A stretch of DNA of 64,000 nucleotides from Heterodontus francisci (Eukaryota). Made by a program: the position numbers and the translations under genes. Every line of letters starts with the position of its first letter. The stretch's first letter is position 1. A model generated the notes under the pieces. The model ran no database searches, was not told where the DNA came from, and worked only from the letters and a program-made list of their open reading frames with translations. Where the stretch lies: the NCBI RefSeq assembly GCF_036365525.1, contig NC_090404.1, forward strand, positions 6,200,001 to 6,264,000. The letters run 5' to 3'. This document shows, in pieces, positions 25,125 to 37,330 of the stretch.

Positions 25125-27660
25125 AGAAATCTCCTCTGCACCCTCTCAAGGACCTTCACATCCTTCCTAAAATGTGACCAGGACTGGATGCAATACTCCA
25201 GTTGGAGCCAAACCAGAGCTTTATAAAGTTTGAGCATAACTTGCCTGCCTTTGTACTCAATGTTTCTATTTCTGAAGCCCAAGATCCCATATGCTTTGCT
25301 AACTTCTCTCTCAATATGTCCTGCCCGCTTCAAAGATCTGTGTGTATGAACCCACAGGTCCCTCTGTCCCTGTCCACTCTTTAGAACTGTTCCATTAAGT
25401 ATATATGACCTCTTCCTATTTCTTATACCAAAATGCATCATCTCACACTTCTCTGTATGAAATGCCATCTGTCACTAGTCTGTTCATTCTGCTAGCCTAT
25501 CTGTGTCCTATTGCAGTCAACTGGTATCATTCTCAGTTTGCCAAACCTTCAAGTTTGTAAAATTCTTTTTCACCCAGAAGGTGGTTGGCATCTGGAACAC
25601 ACTGCCTGTAGGGGTGGTAGAGGCAGGAACCCATAACATTTAAGTAGTATTTAGATGAGGCCTTGAAATGCCAATGCATAGAAGGCCAAGTGCTGGAAAA
25701 TGGGATTAGAATAGATAGGCTTGATGGCTGGCGTGGACACGGTGCGCTGAAGGGCCTGTTTCTGCGCTATACAAGTCAATGACTATCTGCAAATTTTGAA
25801 ATTTTACTCAGTATTCCAATATCCAAGTCACATATTTATATCAAAAAGCAGTGGTCCTCACAATGACCCTTGGGCAACACCACTGACCACCATCCTCTAG
25901 GCTGAAAAACTGCCATTTACAACTCGCTGTTTGCTGTTCTTAAACCAGTTTTTTTTAATCCAAGCTGACACTGACCCTCCTATTCCATGAACCTTAATTT
26001 TGTTAACCAGCTTTTTATGTCGTACATTGTCAAATGCTTTCTTAAAATCCATACAGCCAAAATCCACTGCATTCCCTTCATCAACTTGCTCTGTCAGTTC
26101 ATCAAGAAATTCAATTAGATTTGTCAAATATGATCTGCCTTTTTCAAATCCTTACTGGCTCTCCTTAATTAACCCAAAACTCTCCAAGTGCTTGTTTATT
26201 TTTTCCCTGCTTATTTCTGAAACCTTACCCACCACTGATGTTAAGAAAAACTATTCCCACTAGTGACTTTTTTCCTTTGCTCCATCCAAACTGATTCTAC
26301 ATATTGATCTTGAGCCAAGATCATTTCTCACTACTGTGCTGATTTTATTCTTTAACAACAGAGCTACCCCACCTCCTTTTCCTTTCTTCCTATCCTTTTG
26401 AAATGTCAAATATTCTTCAATATTTAGCTCCCAGCCTTGCAACAACATCTCTGAAATGGCTATCATAGCACAAATAGAAATAAATGGGTATGATGATATC
26501 AATTCATCCATCTTGTTGTGAATGCTGCGTGCAGTCAGATAAAGTGCCTTCAATTTTGTCTTTTTACCATTTTCCCTACTCTGACCTTATTTGCTGATGC
26601 ACTCTTACTCTCTTATCCCTTCCTGTCACACACTCTGGTTCTCATTAACCGTATTGCTACCCTGCCTTGTCCTTTGTCACTAACTTTCTAAATGTCCCCT
26701 CACCTGAATCCTCAGCCCCACTATTTATTTTAAAACCCTCTCTGCAGCCCTAGTATTACGATTAACCAGGACACTGCTACCAGCACGGTTCAGGTGAAGG
26801 CCGTCACAATGGTACCTCTTTCCCCAGTACTGGTGCCAGTGCATCCTGAATCAAAACCCATTTCTCCCACACCAATCTTTGAGCCACACATTCAATTCTC
26901 TGATCTTACTTACCCTAAGCCAATTTGCTCATAGCTCAGATAATAATCCAGCGATAGATTACCTTTGTGGTTCTTGTTTTTAAATTTAAGATATGCATAC
27001 TCCCCCAGCAGAACCTTTTTCTTAGTCCTCCCTATGTTGTCTGTACCCACAAGTACCACAACAACTGGATCCTACCCCTCCCACTGCAAGTTCACCCCCA
27101 GTCTCAAGTTGCTGTCCTTACTCTGCTACCAGGCAGGCAACACAGCATTCGGGACTCACGCTCTCGGCTGCAGAGAACTGCATCCATCTCCTTAACTATA
27201 CTGTTCCTACTACAATTGCATTCGCTTTTACTCCCCCAACTTGAATGACCCCCTGCAGCATGGTGCCATGGTCAGTTTCCTCATCCACCCTGCAGTCCCT
27301 GATCTTGTCCACACAAGCTACAAGAACCTTGAACCTGTTGGACAAGTGCAAGGGCCGAGGCTCCTCCAGTGCTACCTTCTGGGTCCCCATACTTGCCGCA
27401 CTCACAGTCACATCCCCCTGTCCCTGACCTTGGACCAAATCTGAAGTACCTAGCCTAAGGGGAGTGACTACCTCCTGGAACAAAGCACTGTCCCCTACCC
27501 TAATGCATCGCAGTGTCCGATTCTCGGATTCCAACTCATCAACTCTGAGCCGAAGTCCCTCAAGCTGCAGACACTTACTGCAGATATGGTTGCAGTGGAT
27601 CACACTGATATTCACCAGCTCCTACATGCTTCATCTGCAACACGTCACCTGCCCTGCCAC
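25125..27660 (-). mobile_element. Internally deleted CR1 LINE
   Basis: ORF1 HICSKCLQLEGLRLRV (27196-27615), APE start KALYLTARS (26260-26553), RT pieces 25897-26127 and 24959-25468. Confidence 0.8.
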
Positions 27661-27848
27661 CTTTATTAGGTTTTACTAGATTTTAGAAAGAGATCAACCC
27701 TTGTAATACCCATACTTACCAAATTCCCGAATTAAGCACTCTGTCACGCAGCACTCAGTTGTGGTTCTGTTACATTAATCCAGAGGCCAAGAATTCGAAA
27801 CCCGCTATGGCAGTTTGAGCACTGGAAGTCAAAACATGGAAATAAACA

Positions 27849-28030
27849 TAAAAGCAAAATACTGCGGATGCTAGAAATCTAAAATAAAAACAGAAAGTGC
27901 TGGAAAAACTCAGCAGGTTTGGCAGCATCTGTGGAGAGAGAAGCAGAGTTAACGTTTCAGGTCAGAGACCCTTCTTCAGAACTGAAGAACAGTCATTGAC
28001 CTGAAACGTTAACTCTGCTTCTCTCTCCAC
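27849..28030 (-). mobile_element. Penelope pLTR-derived palindromic element with hammerhead core
   Basis: Inverted arms around ~27980; reverse strand AGTT-CTGAAGA-A-GGGTC-TCT-GACCT-GAAAC-GTT-AACT; TGGAAATAAA duplicated at 27837-27846 and 28031-28040. Confidence 0.75.
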
Positions 28031-28689
28031 TGGAAATAAAAAAGCCGGTTGTCAGTAGAAGCGACCATGAAGCTGCTGGATTACCTAAGAATGTTCATTT
28101 ATACAGCACCTTCCCCGACCTCAGGGTGTTCCAAAGCACTTTACATCCAATTAAGTACCTTTAAAATGTGTACTTACTCTTGTAATGTATGATAACGTGG
28201 GCAGCCCAAGCTGCACACAGCAAGATCCCACAACAAGCAAAGAGATAAAGGACCGGATAGTCCACATTTTCCCAATTAGCGCAATATTGTTTCATTAATG
28301 CCCCCTTGAGGGATGGAAACCTGCTGTCCTTACCCGGTCTGGGTCTGTATATGTGACTGAAGTCTTACACTAACATGGGTGACTATTAACTGCCCCTGAA
28401 GTGGCCGAACGAACCACTCAGTCGTATGAAACCAGTTCAAGGAGGCAGCCGCCCACCACCAGCACCTTCTCAAGGGGAGACTAGGGACAGGGTAATAAAT
28501 ACCAGCTTTACCAGCGATGCCCACATCCCAAGAATGAATTAGTAAAAACTTGCAGCCAGTCCTTTCCTCAAAGGGACTGGTGGAAAATCTGAAGCCCACC
28601 CACTGGAGACACCAAAACCCATCCAAGCTCAGTAATTATCAACCAGGTTTTCTCGCACCCATTGCCTCCCCGTCAAAGGCTGTGACATT

Positions 28690-29060
28690 AAAATCCCCGT
28701 GTTTCAGTGTTTTGGGTGGCCCCAGTCAGAGTGGTGTCCTCCCCAGGAGAGGCGCCAGCCCGGGGCCTACCGGCTGCCGCCTCCCACTCGAGCCCCAGGC
28801 TCTCTCCGCGGCCTTGCTCCTGGCCGCTCACCTGCTGCTGCTCAGCTCGAGCTCGCACCGTTACCAAGCCCCGCCCCCATGGCAACACAAGCAACTGTTA
28901 AACCGTTTCCCATTCAAACTTCTCGAAGCGGAAACAAATCCCTCGCGAACCCTCGACAACCGCCACTCGCGCAACTGCTCCGCTCGGGGAGAAATGTCAA
29001 ACCCCGCCCCCATCGTCGCCATCTTTGATAGGGGCAAATCAGCACGAACGATTAAACCAG
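28690..29060. promoter_or_regulatory. CpG island/probable divergent promoter with a minus-strand first exon
   Basis: High CpG density, GC boxes, YY1-type CGCCATCTT (29017-29025), RFX-type half-sites GTTACCAAG (28860) and CCATGGCAAC (28877), minus-strand donor CAG|GTGAGC at 28831. Confidence 0.55.
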
Positions 29061-29334
29061 GTCAAATGAAGCACCGCAGCCCCATAGAAAGATGGACGTC
29101 ACTTTTGTAAAGAACATTTCACACTATTGTTAGTTTTGTAAAAAAACAATCTTATGTAAGCTGGGATGGACCTTATTCGCAGTTCTTTTTGAGGAAAATA
29201 TTATGCAGGTACATTTTAATTTTAATGCTTACTTACTTGTGTCCATTCGTTTCTCCTGACAAAGACAGCCGAAATGTTTGAACCTGCCTTTGATCAGCAT
29301 TCCCCGTGGAAGTGAAACTGCCCGATTCATATTA

Positions 29335-29600
29335 TAGGAGCGCAGGCGCGGTGCTGGACTATATCTAGAGCATGCGCAGAGGGGGAATGGAGTGGGCGGG
29401 GCTGCTTCAGAAACACCTGGTGTAGGCCGCAAGCCCCGAATAAAAACTCCAGATCCCGCGTTTGCAGTTCCGGTGCTTTTTCCTGGGAACAGGCTCAGGC
29501 CAACGGCCGCCATTTTGGTTGAGCGAGGAGCCGAGCGCATGCGCGGCCGTCTTGGTGACGACACAGAGAGTGGGCGGGGCTTCAGGGTCCCAGTGACCAG
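29335..29600 (+). promoter_or_regulatory. CpG-rich ZNF promoter module (upstream copy)
   Basis: NRF1-type GAGCATGCGCA and GCGCATGCGC, YY1-type GCCGCCATTTT, GC boxes; aligns by eye to the reverse complement of 17761-17900. Confidence 0.7.
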
Positions 29601-29799
29601 GAGAGAAAATCATTGACTCATTGGTTGGAATTTTACGCCACTCCGACGAGCGGGATGGTGGCGGGGTGAGTGGCGGGCGTAAAATGGAGCAGGAGTGACC
29701 AGGATACCTTCCCGACCCGCTCCCGCCGCCACTTTATCCAGGGCGGCGGTGGTGAAACATGGTCCGCCCTCCCTCAGGCATATGCTTCTGAACTGAATG

Positions 29800-30265
29800 G
29801 AGTCACCTAATCTCGGTCTCTGCAGTGCAGAGGAAACCGCATCGTGGGCAGTGAATGCAGTATATTAAATTGAAAGAAATACAAGTAAATCTCTGTTTGA
29901 CCTTGAGGGAGTGTTTGTGGCCTTGGACAGTGAGAAGGAAGGCGTGAACAGGGCAGGTGTTATGTCTCCTGTGCTTGCATGGGAAGGGGAGTGGATGCTG
30001 GATGTGATAGAGGTTTGGACCAGGGGGGTCACAGAGGGAACAGTCCCACCAGTATGATGAAAAGGGAGGGAAAGATGTGTTTGGTGGAATCACACAGGAG
30101 GTGGGGGAAAGGATGGAGGATGATATGTTAAATCTGGAGGCTGGTGGGGTGGAAGGTGAGGACAAGGGGAACCCTATAGTGCTTCTGGGAAATTGGGAAG
30201 GGGTGAGAGCAAAATGTGAGAAATGGAATGAAACAGGATAGAGAAGGCTGGAGGGAGCGGGTTAA
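29800..30265 (-). mobile_element. Penelope-like element fragment (GIY-YIG endonuclease region)
   Basis: PCKHRRHNTCP...KVKQRFTCISFNLIYCIHCPRCGFLCTAET resembles the PLE CCHH/GIY-YIG region. Confidence 0.8.
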
Positions 30266-30948
30266 TAAACGCCCTGGGGCAATGTGGACTTCGCACACAG
30301 AGTGTAGTCCCAGGTCCCAATATAAAACAAGAAACATTATCCAATTTACAAAGAGCCGATGTAGATCTCAAACCCTGAATAAGAACATTCCAGTCCCGTG
30401 TTTGTACTGAGTGGGGAGGCAGCTGCAGGACCTCTCCCAGAGACAGGCCTGGGTTAACGGCCGTCATCTTTATCGGAAGAAATGTGGAACAGGAACATGT
30501 GCGGTCATCGTAGGTCAGGAAGCAGGAGGAAAGAATGTTGCGATTTTCTATCCTGTACTGACAGTGATGGCTTTTCTAAACTCCTTTTACAGGGTTTAAA
30601 AGAGAAGGATTTACATACAGCAAACTCAAACTAAACATCACATCAAGATCTGACAGCGACTCGATTCATCAGGACCTGAATATCATTGTCCTTGGAATGC
30701 GGAAGGAGAAATCTTTGTCTGTTCTGTCTGTCAGAAAAGATTTCAAACATCAGTTTGACTGGAAAAGCATCGAGACACACCTGAGTGAGAGTGTTCCAGT
30801 GCACTGACTGTGGAAAGAGCTTTAACCAGTTACACAGCCTGAAAAAACATCACATCATTCACAGTGGGGAGAACCCGTACATGTGTTGTGTGTGTGGATG
30901 AGGTTGAATTGAACATCCACCCTGCAAAGAAACAAGGACACTCGAACC

Positions 30949-31287
30949 ATGGAGAAACCGTGGAAATGTGGAGACTGTGGGAAGAGATTTAAATGTCCGT
31001 TAAAACTGGAAACTCATCGACGCAGTCACACTGGGGAGAGGCCGTTCACTTGCTCCATGTGTGGGAAGGGATTCGCTCAGTCATTCACCCTGGTGACACA
31101 CCAGCGAGTTCACTCTGATGACAAACCTTTTAAATGTTCTGACTGTGAGAAGGACTTTAAAAGGAAAAAGGAGCTGGTGATTCACCAACTCACTCACACT
31201 GGGGAGAGGCCGTTCACCTGCTCTGCGTGTGGGAAGGGATTCACTCAGTCAGGCAACCTGCTGAAATACCAGGGAGTTCACAAGTGA
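30949..31287 (+). CDS. Short C2H2 zinc-finger protein (3 intact fingers plus 1 with His to Tyr)
   Basis: Open 112-aa frame, ACCATGG start, acceptor CTTTTACAG ending 30592, family 3'UTR and AATAAA near 31417. Could be a pseudogene. Confidence 0.8.
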   Translation: MEKPWKCGDCGKRFKCPLKLETHRRSHTGERPFTCSMCGKGFAQSFTLVTHQRVHSDDKPFKCSDCEKDFKRKKELVIHQLTHTGERPFTCSACGKGFTQSGNLLKYQGVHK

Positions 31288-32012
31288 CTGCAGGGATTGG
31301 ATTCTGCTGTTATTGTTGCTGTTAATTACATCCAGGACTGAACAATGTTCATTCTAACAGTTGGGGTTTATTTCTGATGATGTTCATAGCTCTCTAACCT
31401 GGCTGGATAAATATTGAATAAATCAGCTCTGTTTGCATCACACAGTGTGTGGAGTATTTGTTTTCTGCAGGGAAAGAGGAGACTAATTGAAATGTTGCTG
31501 TTGACTGTTCCATTTTTGGGCCTTTTCTCCTTTGTTAAAGAAAGACTTGTATTTTTGCAGCTCGTTTCAGGACGTCAAAAAACACTTTGCAACCAATGAA
31601 GTTCTTTTAAATTGCAGCCAATATTGTAAGTAGGAAATGAGGCAGCTAATTTGCGCACAGCAAGCTCCCACAGACAGCAACGTGATAATGCCCAGATAAT
31701 CTGTTTTAGTGATGTTGATTGATAACTATTGGCTAAGACTCTGTGGAGAATTGCCCTGCTCTTCAAAATAGCTTCTATTCCAGACAGGTGGTAAGTGGTG
31801 TGGGCGGTTCCCACTGTTCACCTCCCAACTGACTGCAATCGTGTTTTGTTAAAATAACGTTTTAGTCCCTGAGTGTCTTTCGGGTCAAATAAACAGACAA
31901 ATGATAGGTTTTCTCATAGGTCATTTCAGATTGCTGTGGGTCTGGAGTCATACGTAGGCCAGACCAGGTAAGGATGGCAGATTTCCTTCCCTAAAAGACA
32001 TTAGTGAACCAG

Positions 32013-32500
32013 AGGAGGGGGTTCGGGCCAGGAAACTGGAAATTGTCGAGATGACATAGGGCGTCAGAAGAGTCACGGATGTAGGTGGGAAGAGACTGGA
32101 CCAGGGGACGTAAAATAGAGTCAAGAGAGGAAGAAATAAGTTTAGTGTAACAGGAATAGGCTGAAATGATGGGCCTACCAGGAAAGTCGTGTTTGTGGAT
32201 TTTGGGAAGGAGGTAGAAGTGGACTGTCCAGGGTTGTGGGACTATGAGTTTGGAAGCTGTAGAGGGAAGATTTCCTGAGGAGATGAGATCAGTGACAGTC
32301 CTGGAGACCGTAGCTTAATGTTCAGTGGAGGGGGTCATGGTCCAGGGGAGGTAGAAAGAAGTGTCTGAGAGTTGGCGCTCAGCCTCTGCAAGGTAATGTT
32401 AGCTCTTTTTCTCTCTTCACAGATGCTGCCTGACCTGCTGAGCATTTCCAGCATTTACTCTTTTTCAGATTTCCAGCGTCCGCAGTATTTTGCTTTTGTT
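32013..32500 (-). mobile_element. Penelope-like RT fragment with adjacent inverted pLTR piece
   Basis: Reverse strand FYLLPKIHK..PGRPIIS..LVQSLPTYIRDSSDAL; 32400-32500 matches the tail of the palindromic elements. Confidence 0.78.
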
Positions 32501-33679
32501 TGATTGCAGGTGTTGCTGACAGAACCGAGTTTAGAAACACAGACGGACCAATTCAGAGCCGGTTTGTATCAGGGTGCAAATTAGGTGCAGAAGTCGGACC
32601 CTGGCCTCCTGTGTAGGTCTTTGTTGTTGCATGAGTTTGAGCTGGAGTGGAGATGGAGGATAAGCTGCTGGATTTAACCCAGTTGCCTCAACAATTTCTG
32701 ATGTGAGTGTGATAAGGGAGGGAGATTCTCGGGGAGATTGGGTTGTGAAACAGACTCTGTCCCAACAATGGGAAAGAATCTTGATTTGGGAATAAGTATT
32801 TCTGCAGAGCCTTTTAATTCATTAAAAATACAGATTTAAAAATGATAATTCTTATGACGTGAGTGTCACTAGCAAGGCCAGTGTATATTGCCAATCCCCA
32901 GTTGAGAAGGGCTTTCTTCTTGAACCGCTACAGTCCGTGTGGTGAAGGTGCACCACAATGTAAGGAGCTGCAGGAATTTGACCCAGTGATGATGAAGGAA
33001 TGGTGATATATGTCCAAGTCAGGATGCTAATTCCATTAATACATCTTCTCTCCCTATGTTTGTCACATTCAATACTTCACACTCTTGCTCCTTAACTACA
33101 ATTATCTGCACCGTCCCCCTCTTTTGTGAAGACAGACACAAGTATTTATTAAAAACAATGCCATCTTCCGCCCCTACACACATGTTACCATGTTGGTCTT
33201 TTGTTGGGCCCTACCCTTTCATTCATTATCCTCCTAGTCTTAATGTGTTGATGAAATTTCTTTGGGTTCACCTTGATTTTGTTTGCCGATATTCTTTCAT
33301 GCCCTCTCTTTGCTTTCTGAATTTCCTTTTTTGGTTCAACCCCTCCACTTTCTATACTCCTCTCAGCTTTCTGTAGTGTTGAGTTCTTGGTGTCAGACAT
33401 AAGCTTTCTTTTTCTGCCCTGTAGGCTCCTTGACATCCATGGGCTCTAGATTTGGTAGTTAAGGTAGACCAGATAAGGACACCAGATTTTCTTCCCTAAA
33501 GGACAGCAGTGAACCAGATGGGTTTTATGGTCATCAATGGACAAGCTTTTAATTGTTTATTAATTGAAATCCAATCCCACCATCTGTGATGGTGAGATTT
33601 GAAACTGTGTTCACCCAGAGTCTTAACATTATAGTTACCACATTAGTGACATTACCATGACGTCACCGCCACCTCGTTA

Positions 33680-33970
33680 TTGCAGTACAGAAACTGCGGA
33701 GCTCTGTTGAAATTGAGAGACGAGCTGCTGTTCCTCGAGCTCCCATTCAGCTTCATTGAAACAGTGCAGAAGGTCAAAGATAGAGATAAGAGTGGGAGTG
33801 GGATGGTGATTAAAATAACAAGTAACCAGAAGCTCAGGGTCCAGCTTTCAGACTGAACAGAGGTGTTTCGTAAAGTGATCAACCAATCTATGTTTGGTCT
33901 CCCAGTGTGGAGCAGACCGCATCATGAGCGGCAAATAGAATATAATAAATTGAAAGAAGTACATGTAGAT
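33680..33970 (-). mobile_element. Penelope-like GIY-YIG fragment
   Basis: Similar to 29810-29890 (TAAATTGAAAGAAGTACA, GGTCTC..CAGTG..GAG..GACCGCATC). Confidence 0.6.
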
Positions 33971-34187
33971 TATTGATTGGTTTCATCCCATAAAACCTTG
34001 AGCATAGCCTGAAGGGAGATACTTTATATGAAGAGTAAAGGTTACAAAATAAAGTAAACAGATTGCCAGAACATTAAATTCCATCCCAGTTTTGGGATTA
34101 TTAGTATCAGCAGATATAGACCCCGACTGTCGGAATGAACATGGTTCAGTCCTGGATGTGATAAGAGCAGAATCCATTCCTTGCAGT

Positions 34188-34560
34188 CAATTGTGAACTC
34201 ATTGGTATCTCAGCAGGTTGGATGATCGATTAAATTCCTTTCCATACTCTGAGCAAGTGAATGGCCTCTCCTCAGTGTGAACCCTCTGGTGTCTCGGCAG
34301 ATCCTTTGTGCTTTCAAAGCTCTTTTCCCAGTCGGGATATTTAAATGGTCTCTTATCCGTGTGAGCAAGTTGATGTCAAGCGAGGTTACTTAACCAAGTG
34401 AATCTTTTCCCATACACAGAGCAGGTGAATGACCTCTCCGCAGTGTGAACTCTCTGGTGTCCCAGCAGATGATGTTTGCTTTTAAAGCTCTTCTTATGGT
34501 CAAAACATTTAAATAGTCTCTTATCACTGTGAAGTCACTGGTGTGACAGAAGGTTTGATA
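34188..34560 (-). pseudogene. C2H2 zinc-finger pseudogene remnant
   Basis: Reverse strand shows about 4 degenerate fingers (HQRVHTAERSFTCSVYGKRF, HQRVHTEERPFTCSEYGKEF) with lost Cys and stops, followed by a degenerate family 3'UTR. Confidence 0.8.
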
Positions 34561-35160
34561 AAGCATTAAATCCCTGCTTCAGTATCTGAGGAGTTGCATA
34601 TTGTACTGAGCATTGTACCGTATTCAGTGAACATCTCCACTTCTGACCTTATGATGGAGAGAAGGTCATTGATGAAGGAGCTGAAGATGGTTGGGCCTAG
34701 GACACTACCCTGAAGAACTCCTGCAGTGATGTTCTGGAGCTGAGATGATTGATCTCCAACAACCACAATCATCATCCTTTGTGGCATATTGCTCATAATA
34801 CTGGAGGCTATGTTGGACAGTAAGAACTGGATTAATTTGGACAACAGAGGTTAGCAGATTGATGCTAAGAGTTTGTGCAGGATCATAGTACTTTAACTCT
34901 GTGCCCTCTCATTCTCGATCCTTTCACGAGTGGGGACTGTTTCTCTCGATCTACTCTGTCCAGACCCCTCATGACTTTGAATACTTCTATCAAATCACCT
35001 CTCAGCCTTCTCTTCTCCAAGGAAAACAATCCTAACTTCTCCAATCTATCTTCGTAACTGAAATTCCTCATCCCTCAACCATTCTCGTGAATCTTTTCTG
35101 TACTCCATCCAATGCCCTCACGTCATTCCTAAAGTGCGGTGCCCAGACTGGATGCAATAA

Positions 35161-35745
35161 GGGCGGCGCAGTGGTTAGCACCGCAGCCTCACAGCTCCAG
35201 TGACCCGGGTTCAATTCCGGGTACTGCCTGTGTGGAGTTTGCAAGTTCTCCCTGTGTCTGCGTGGGTTTCCTCTGTGTGCTCCGGTTTCCTCCCACATGC
35301 CAAAGACTTGCAGGTTGATCGGTAAATTGGCCATTATAAATTGCCCCGAGTATAGGGACAGGTGAGGATGTGGTAGGAACATGGAATTAGCGTAGGATTA
35401 GTATAAATGGGTGGTTGATGGTCGGCACAGACTCGGTGGGCCGAAGGGCCTGTTTCAGTGCTGTATCTCTAAACTAAACTAAACAGCACCGCAGCCTCAC
35501 AGTTTCAGCAAGTTCTCCCTGTGTCTGCGTGGGTTTTCTCCGGGTGCTCTGATTTCCTCCCACAGCCAAAAGACTTGCAGGGTGATAAGTGAATTGGCCA
35601 TTATAAATTGCCACTAGTATAGGTAGGTGGTAGGGAAATATAGGGACAGGTGAGGATGTGGTAGGAATATGGGATTAGTGTAGGATTAGTATAAAATGGG
35701 TGGTAAATGGTCGGCACAGACTCGGTGCTGTATCTCTAAATCTAA
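35161..35745 (+). mobile_element. Tandem HE1-like V-SINEs (full copy plus internally deleted copy) inside a minus-strand CR1 fragment
   Basis: Full copy 35161-35483 with (TAAAC)n tail; second copy 35484-35745. Confidence 0.85.
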
Positions 35746-36102
35746 TACTCCAGCTAAGGCCGAACTAGTGTCTTATACAAGTTCAACATAACTTCCTTGC
35801 TCTTGTATCTCTGCCCCTATTAATAAAGTCCAGGATACTATATGCTTTATTAACCACTCTCTCAACCTGTCCTGCCACCTTCAATGACTTACACACATAT
35901 ACACCCAGGTCCCTCTGCTCCTGTACCACCTTTAGAATGGTATCTTTAGTTTATACCGTCTCTCCATGTTCTTCCTACCAGAATGAATCACTTCACATTT
36001 CTCTGCATGGAACTTCATCTGACACCTATCTGCCCATTCCACCAACTTGGCTCTGTCCTTTTGAAATTCTACGCTGTCCTCGAATTCCTGAGCAAGAGCA
36101 AC

Positions 36103-36292
36103 AGGGCGGCACAGTGGCGCAGTGGTTAGCACCGCAGCGTCACAGCTCTAAGTGACCTGGGTTCGGTTCTGGGTACTGCTTGTGCGGAGTTTGACCGTGT
36201 GGGTTTCCGTCAGGTGCTCCAGCTTCCTCCCACAGCCAAAGACTTGCAGGTCAATTGGCCATGGTAAAATGCCCCTAGTGTAGGTAGGTGGT
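36103..36292 (+). mobile_element. 3'-truncated HE1-like V-SINE
   Basis: Intact head GGGCGGCACAGTGGCGCAGTGGTTAGC; stops abruptly at TAGGTAGGTGGT. Confidence 0.85.
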
Positions 36293-36324
36293 TCTCCGCG
36301 CGCTCTGGGTGACATTCAATGCCG
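36291..36324 (+). pseudogene. Putative truncated leader (L-PART1) exon of the TCR V gene
   Basis: Reads VLRALWVTFNA plus G, phase-compatible with the V exon (G+AT = Asp, then LSDG/DSVTQ). No ATG without an intervening stop; donor reads G|TTAAT, not G|GT. Confidence 0.45.
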
Positions 36325-37029
36325 TTAATAAGTTAAAACTTTTAAAAAGGGATTAATTTCTAGAGGAATAAATTTGAAAAACAGAGAGTTTAAGTTAAAC
36401 TTATACCGAACCTTGGACCACAATTAGGGTATTGTGAGCAGTTCAGGCCTGCATATTATAATCAGAATGTAGGGGCCTGGGAGAAAATGCAAACACGATA
36501 AACAAGGATGATACAACAACTGAGAGACAATAACGATCAGAAAAGGTTGCACAGGCTGTGGTTCATTTCTCTATTGAAGAGCAAACTGAAGGGTAATCCG
36601 GTCTAACTGTTAAAGATGATGAAAGAGTTTGATATGGCAGATGTTGCCACTTTTAGAGGATTCCAAAACTATGCGTCATAAATATAAGAGTCACGAAAAA
36701 ATCCAATAGGGAATTCAGGAGAAACTTCTTTACCCAGAGAGTGGAGAGAATGTGGAACTCACTACTACAAGGAGTAGTTCATTGGTGTATTAAGGGAAAG
36801 ATAGATAAACAGAGGAAGAAAGAGATGGAAGGATATGTTGATAGGGTGGGTTGAAGAGGAATGGAGGTTGCTCGTGGGGAGTATGAACATCGACATTGTC
36901 CAGTTGGGCCGAATGACCTTATTATACTCTCAATTCTATTCAGTTTATGAAAAAGTGCAAATTTTCCCAGTCAGTTCCATTCAGTTGCGTTAATCGGTGA
37001 TTTCCGCTTTCTTTAACCGTGTGTTCCAG

Positions 37030-37330
37030 ATCTGAGCGATGGAGATTCTGTTACTCAGCGGGAATCCTCGCTCACACTGACAGAGGGAGAAGATGTCACT
37101 TTAACCTGCACCTATCTCGGCGATGGTTATTACTTATTCTGGTACCGCCAATACCCAGGCAGACAGCCTGAGATTGCAGTCCGGAGGTACACGAGCGGTG
37201 ATGAATTGAAGGCGGATTTCGCTCAGGACCGGTTTTCTGATACAGTCCAGCAGTCAGACAAGTTGTACCGATTGACCATCTCGGAGCTGCGGCTGTCTGA
37301 CACCGCGGTCTGTTACTGTGCACTGAGTCT
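37030..37330 (+). CDS. T-cell receptor alpha/delta-type variable (V) gene segment exon, open frame; probably non-functional because the leader is defective
   Basis: Acceptor TTCCAG at 37024-37029; frame LSDG-DSVTQRESSLTLTEGEDVTLTCTYLGDGYYLFWYRQYPGRQPEIAVRRYTSGDELKADFAQDRFSDTVQQSDKLYRLTISELRLSDTAVCYCALS with conserved Cys (37107), WYRQ (37140) and second Cys (37317); directly followed by an RSS. Confidence 0.93.

Noticed and set aside
28550-29616. Overlapping GC-rich ORFs
   Set aside because: No recognisable domains; expected in CpG islands.
37030-37330. NAR-TCR supporting V-delta (leaderless, extra Cys)
   Set aside because: The extra Cys is in FR3, not CDR1; a leader remnant and leader-tail residues are present; no NAR V-D-J cluster found upstream.
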